A DNA stretch of 18,126 bases from a bacterium (GTDB lineage Bacteria > Eisenbacteria > RBG-16-71-46): the NCBI GenBank assembly GCA_043779265.1, contig JAYWEM010000141.1, forward strand, positions 1-18,126. Reading direction: 5' to 3'. Position 1 is the first letter of the stretch. Each line of letters starts with the position of its first letter. Of this stretch, positions 15,287 to 18,126 are shown piece after piece. The notes under the pieces are model-generated. The model had not been told where the DNA came from and did no database searches. It saw nothing but the letters and a program-made list of their open reading frames with translations. The position numbers and the translations under genes are program-made.

Positions 15287-15682
15287 ATGGACCCCATCCG
15301 ACCACGCATCCTGATCGTCGACGACGAACCCGATCTGCTCACCGTGCTCCGCTTCGGACTCGAGGTGGAGGGCTTCGAGGTGCTCGAAGCCTCGGACGGC
15401 GAGCAGGGTCTGACGATGGCAAGGGAGACGAGCCCCGACTTGATGGTGCTCGACCTCATGCTGCCGCGCATGGATGGGTACAAGGTGTGCCGCGCGCTCA
15501 AGTTCGATGAACGCTATCGCCGCATCCCCATCTTCATCCTGAGCGCGCGTTCGGGCGAGACGGATCGCCAACTGGCGATGGACGTCGGCGCCGACACCTA
15601 CATCACCAAGCCCTACGACATGCGCGACCTGGTGTCGCGCATCCGCGCTCGGCTGGGTCCGGAGCAGCAGGCCGCGGCCTGA
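15287..15682 (+). CDS. Single-domain response regulator (REC only, 131 aa)
   Basis: ILIVDDE, PDLMVLDLMLPRMDG (phosphoacceptor Asp), IFILSA, GADTYITKP; no output domain. Confidence 0.92.
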   Translation: MDPIRPRILIVDDEPDLLTVLRFGLEVEGFEVLEASDGEQGLTMARETSPDLMVLDLMLPRMDGYKVCRALKFDERYRRIPIFILSARSGETDRQLAMDVGADTYITKPYDMRDLVSRIRARLGPEQQAAA

Positions 15683-15695
15683 GGCTCCGCGCGCT

Positions 15696-16514
15696 TCACT
15701 CCGCGGGCCGGAGCCAGGCCGTGTGGTGGTGAGCCAGCACCTCGAGCAGTCGTGCGTGCAGGAGGTCGTTGCCGGCGACGATCTGACGGCCCTCGAGGCG
15801 GAACGCTCCGCCCGCATATTCGGTGACGCGTCCTCCCGCCTCCCGCACGATGAGCACGCCGGCCGCGAGATCCCAGGGCGAGAGGTTGCCCTCCCAGAAA
15901 CCATCGAATCGGCCGATCGCCAGATAACAGAGGTTGAGCGCTGCCGATCCGTCCCTTCGCACGCCCTGCGCCCGCGTCAGGAAATCCTGGAACAGGGGGA
16001 GATGCCGCTCGGGGTGTTCGCGCACGTCGTACGGGAATCCGGTCACGAGCAGCGCGTCCTCGAGCTCGGCCGCCTCCGAGACACGGATCGGCTCGCCGTT
16101 GCAGGTGGCGCCGTGGCCCAGCGCCGCGCTGAACATTTCCTCTCGAATCGGGTCGTACACGGCCGCTGCCGTCAGGACGCCCTCGACCTCGACGCCGATC
16201 GAGACGCAGAAGAACGGATAGCCATGTGCGAAGTTGGTCGTGCCATCGAGCGGATCGACGAGCCAGCGAACCGCTCCTCCTTGATGGGCGCCGGACTCCT
16301 CGGCGAGCACGGCGTGGTCCGGGAATCGCTCGTTCAATCGCGAGAGGATCAAGGCCTCGCTGCGCCGGTCATACTCGGTCACCAGGTCGATGCGGCCCTT
16401 GCGCTCGGGGCGATGCGTCCGGCCATGGCCCTCACGGACGATGGCACCGGCCTCGAGTGCCATGGCCACGGCGGCGTCGCGCAGGACGATGGGGTCGCGG
16501 TCGGGATCGGGCAT
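15696..16514 (-). CDS. suhB: Inositol monophosphatase family protein (SuhB-like)
   Basis: DLVTEYD, LAEE, WLVDPLDGTTNFAHG, TGFPYD, RRDGSAALNL, WDLAAGVLIVREAGG signatures. Confidence 0.92.
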   Translation of the reverse strand: MPDPDRDPIVLRDAAVAMALEAGAIVREGHGRTHRPERKGRIDLVTEYDRRSEALILSRLNERFPDHAVLAEESGAHQGGAVRWLVDPLDGTTNFAHGYPFFCVSIGVEVEGVLTAAAVYDPIREEMFSAALGHGATCNGEPIRVSEAAELEDALLVTGFPYDVREHPERHLPLFQDFLTRAQGVRRDGSAALNLCYLAIGRFDGFWEGNLSPWDLAAGVLIVREAGGRVTEYAGGAFRLEGRQIVAGNDLLHARLLEVLAHHHTAWLRPAE

Positions 16515-16531
16515 GGGTTCCTCTCGTCCGC

Positions 16532-18126
16532 TCAGCGCGGCGCGCGTTGGGGACAGAACCGCGAGTAGGAGCAGAACTCGCAGGTTCGCGAGGAAGGAGT
16601 GGCTTCGAAGCGAGCGGCTCGGATCCCCGCGGAGGCCTCCTGGATCCGACTCCGAGCGCGGTCGAGATGATCCGCGTCGATCGCCGCGCTGCCGACCAGG
16701 CCCGAGCCGATGAAGTGGAGTTCGACGGTGACGGGCATCACCTGGCGGGATTCGAGGTAGGCGAGTGCGTAGAGTCCGAGTTGGCCGTTCTTGGCGCTCT
16801 CTCTCGCGCGCTCCTTCGCTTTGTCGGCGTCGACGACCTCGGAACTCTTGTAGTCCACGAGCACGACGCCCTCGCTCCGATCGTCGATCCGGTCCCAGCG
16901 TCCGGTGATCCGATCCTCACCCTGCCGGAACTCGAACGAGGACTCGATCGCGAGCGGCAGTCGCCCCGAGGCATCCTCGTCGCGGACGAATCTCCGAATG
17001 GACTCGTGGCCTTCCTTCTTGCGGCGAGCTTCATGCTCGGCGCTGAGGAAGCCCTCACTCGACCAGGCTGAGTCGAACGCCGCGAGCACATCCTCGACCG
17101 AGATCGGATGACCGCGCATGCGATGGTCGTGGAAGACACGGATCGCATGGTGCATCGCGGTGCCGTACATGAAGTGCGCGTCGGAGGCGAGCGGAACGCG
17201 GGCGCGATGCGCGTAGTGGTACTGGAGTGGGCAGGCGAGGTAGGACTCGATCTGCGCATGCGACAGGTCGAGGCGATCGCCGGGCGCGATCGCGGCGGTG
17301 GTGCCCGCGGGCGGATCCGGGACCGGCGCGTGCCGGGCGATCGATTCGAGGGCCGTCGCGCCCTTGGCGTTCTTGGGCGGAGCCGGGAGGTCGAGCGCCT
17401 CGCGGACGAATCGGCTCAGTCGGGTCGCACGTCGGCCGCCGTAGTCATTGGCGTGTCCGAGCACGAGGCGATCACGCGCGCGCGTCGCGCCCACGTAGAA
17501 GAGGCGACGTTCCTCGCGCTCGTGGTCCTCGGGATCGTCGGCACCTCCCTCTCGCAGTTCAGGCGGAAGCGGAAGCTCGTCGCCGCGCCGATAGGGCGGG
17601 AAACGCTGCTCGACCAGATCCACGATGTGCACGACGGAGAACTCGAGCCCCTTGGCGTTGTGCACGGTGAGCAGGCTCACGGCATCGTCGTCGGTCTCGA
17701 CTTCAGCGGCCGCCGGATCGTCGCCCATCTCGATGAGCAGGTCGAGATGCTCGACGAATGGTTGCACGCGATCGACTCGGAGCAGGGGGCCGACGCGCGT
17801 GACGATCCGGAACAACCGATCGAGATTCTGCACCCGCTCGAGGTTCTCAGGGGTGTCCTCCGAAGTGAGTCGGGCGAGGAACCCGCTCTCGGTGACGAAT
17901 TCGTAGAGGACCTCGGTGGTCGGGCGATGGGCCGCCTTCGCGCTGAGCAGGTCGTGGAGCGCGAGGTATCGCGCCACGGCTCCAAGCGTCATGTCCGACG
18001 TGGCTTCCATCTCATTCACGTCGCGCAGCAGCAGGAGCAGTGGGCGGTGTGCCCTCCGTGATCTCCCGGCGAGCAGCGTGAGATCCGCGGCGTCCGCTCC
18101 GAACAGCGGGTCCGCGAGCGTCAGAT
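16532..18126 (-). CDS. UvrD/PcrA-family (SF1A) DNA helicase with C-terminal PD-(D/E)xK nuclease (AdnB/AddA-like); 5' part beyond right edge
   Basis: Frame stays open from 18124 (LTLADPLFG...). Helicase motif V LLTVHNAKGLEF and motif VI EERRLFYVGATRARDRL. Nuclease: LSHAQIESYLACP, GRWDRID, VDYKS, QLGLYA, CEFCSYSRFC. Confidence 0.9.
   Translation of the reverse strand, partial: LTLADPLFGADAADLTLLAGRSRRAHRPLLLLLRDVNEMEATSDMTLGAVARYLALHDLLSAKAAHRPTTEVLYEFVTESGFLARLTSEDTPENLERVQNLDRLFRIVTRVGPLLRVDRVQPFVEHLDLLIEMGDDPAAAEVETDDDAVSLLTVHNAKGLEFSVVHIVDLVEQRFPPYRRGDELPLPPELREGGADDPEDHEREERRLFYVGATRARDRLVLGHANDYGGRRATRLSRFVREALDLPAPPKNAKGATALESIARHAPVPDPPAGTTAAIAPGDRLDLSHAQIESYLACPLQYHYAHRARVPLASDAHFMYGTAMHHAIRVFHDHRMRGHPISVEDVLAAFDSAWSSEGFLSAEHEARRKKEGHESIRRFVRDEDASGRLPLAIESSFEFRQGEDRITGRWDRIDDRSEGVVLVDYKSSEVVDADKAKERARESAKNGQLGLYALAYLESRQVMPVTVELHFIGSGLVGSAAIDADHLDRARSRIQEASAGIRAARFEATPSSRTCEFCSYSRFCPQRAPR

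Noticed and set aside
16532..17270. Cas4 / CRISPR-associated nuclease
   Set aside because: The domain is fused in frame to a UvrD helicase, and no repeat-spacer array or other cas genes are visible in the window.

Overview
A GC-rich bacterial window with no rRNA, tRNA, CRISPR array or mobile element that I can see. FlgD-Ig/T9SS-like C-termini, a C-terminal 'SWGQIKSSYR' tail and a GWxTD protein suggest an FCB-related candidate lineage such as Ca. Eisenbacteria (inference). The left ~12.2 kb looks like an alpha-glucan (starch/glycogen/maltodextrin) utilisation locus. It holds three secreted, apparently non-catalytic proteins with CBM9/DOMON-like domains (one also has three CBM20-like repeats; one runs off the left edge and is missing from the ORF track). 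It also holds a ~1395-aa secreted multidomain GH57 enzyme with atypical conserved motifs, followed by a MalE/F/G-type ABC importer with no ATPase. The right ~6 kb holds a rhodanese-like/SAM-methyltransferase fusion, a TPR+GWxTD-like protein, a single-domain response regulator, a SuhB-type inositol monophosphatase and the 3' part of a UvrD-type helicase fused to a 4-Cys PD-(D/E)xK nuclease. Several sigma70-like promoters and a hairpin between convergent genes are visible. All domain calls come from reading motifs by eye, not from database searches.
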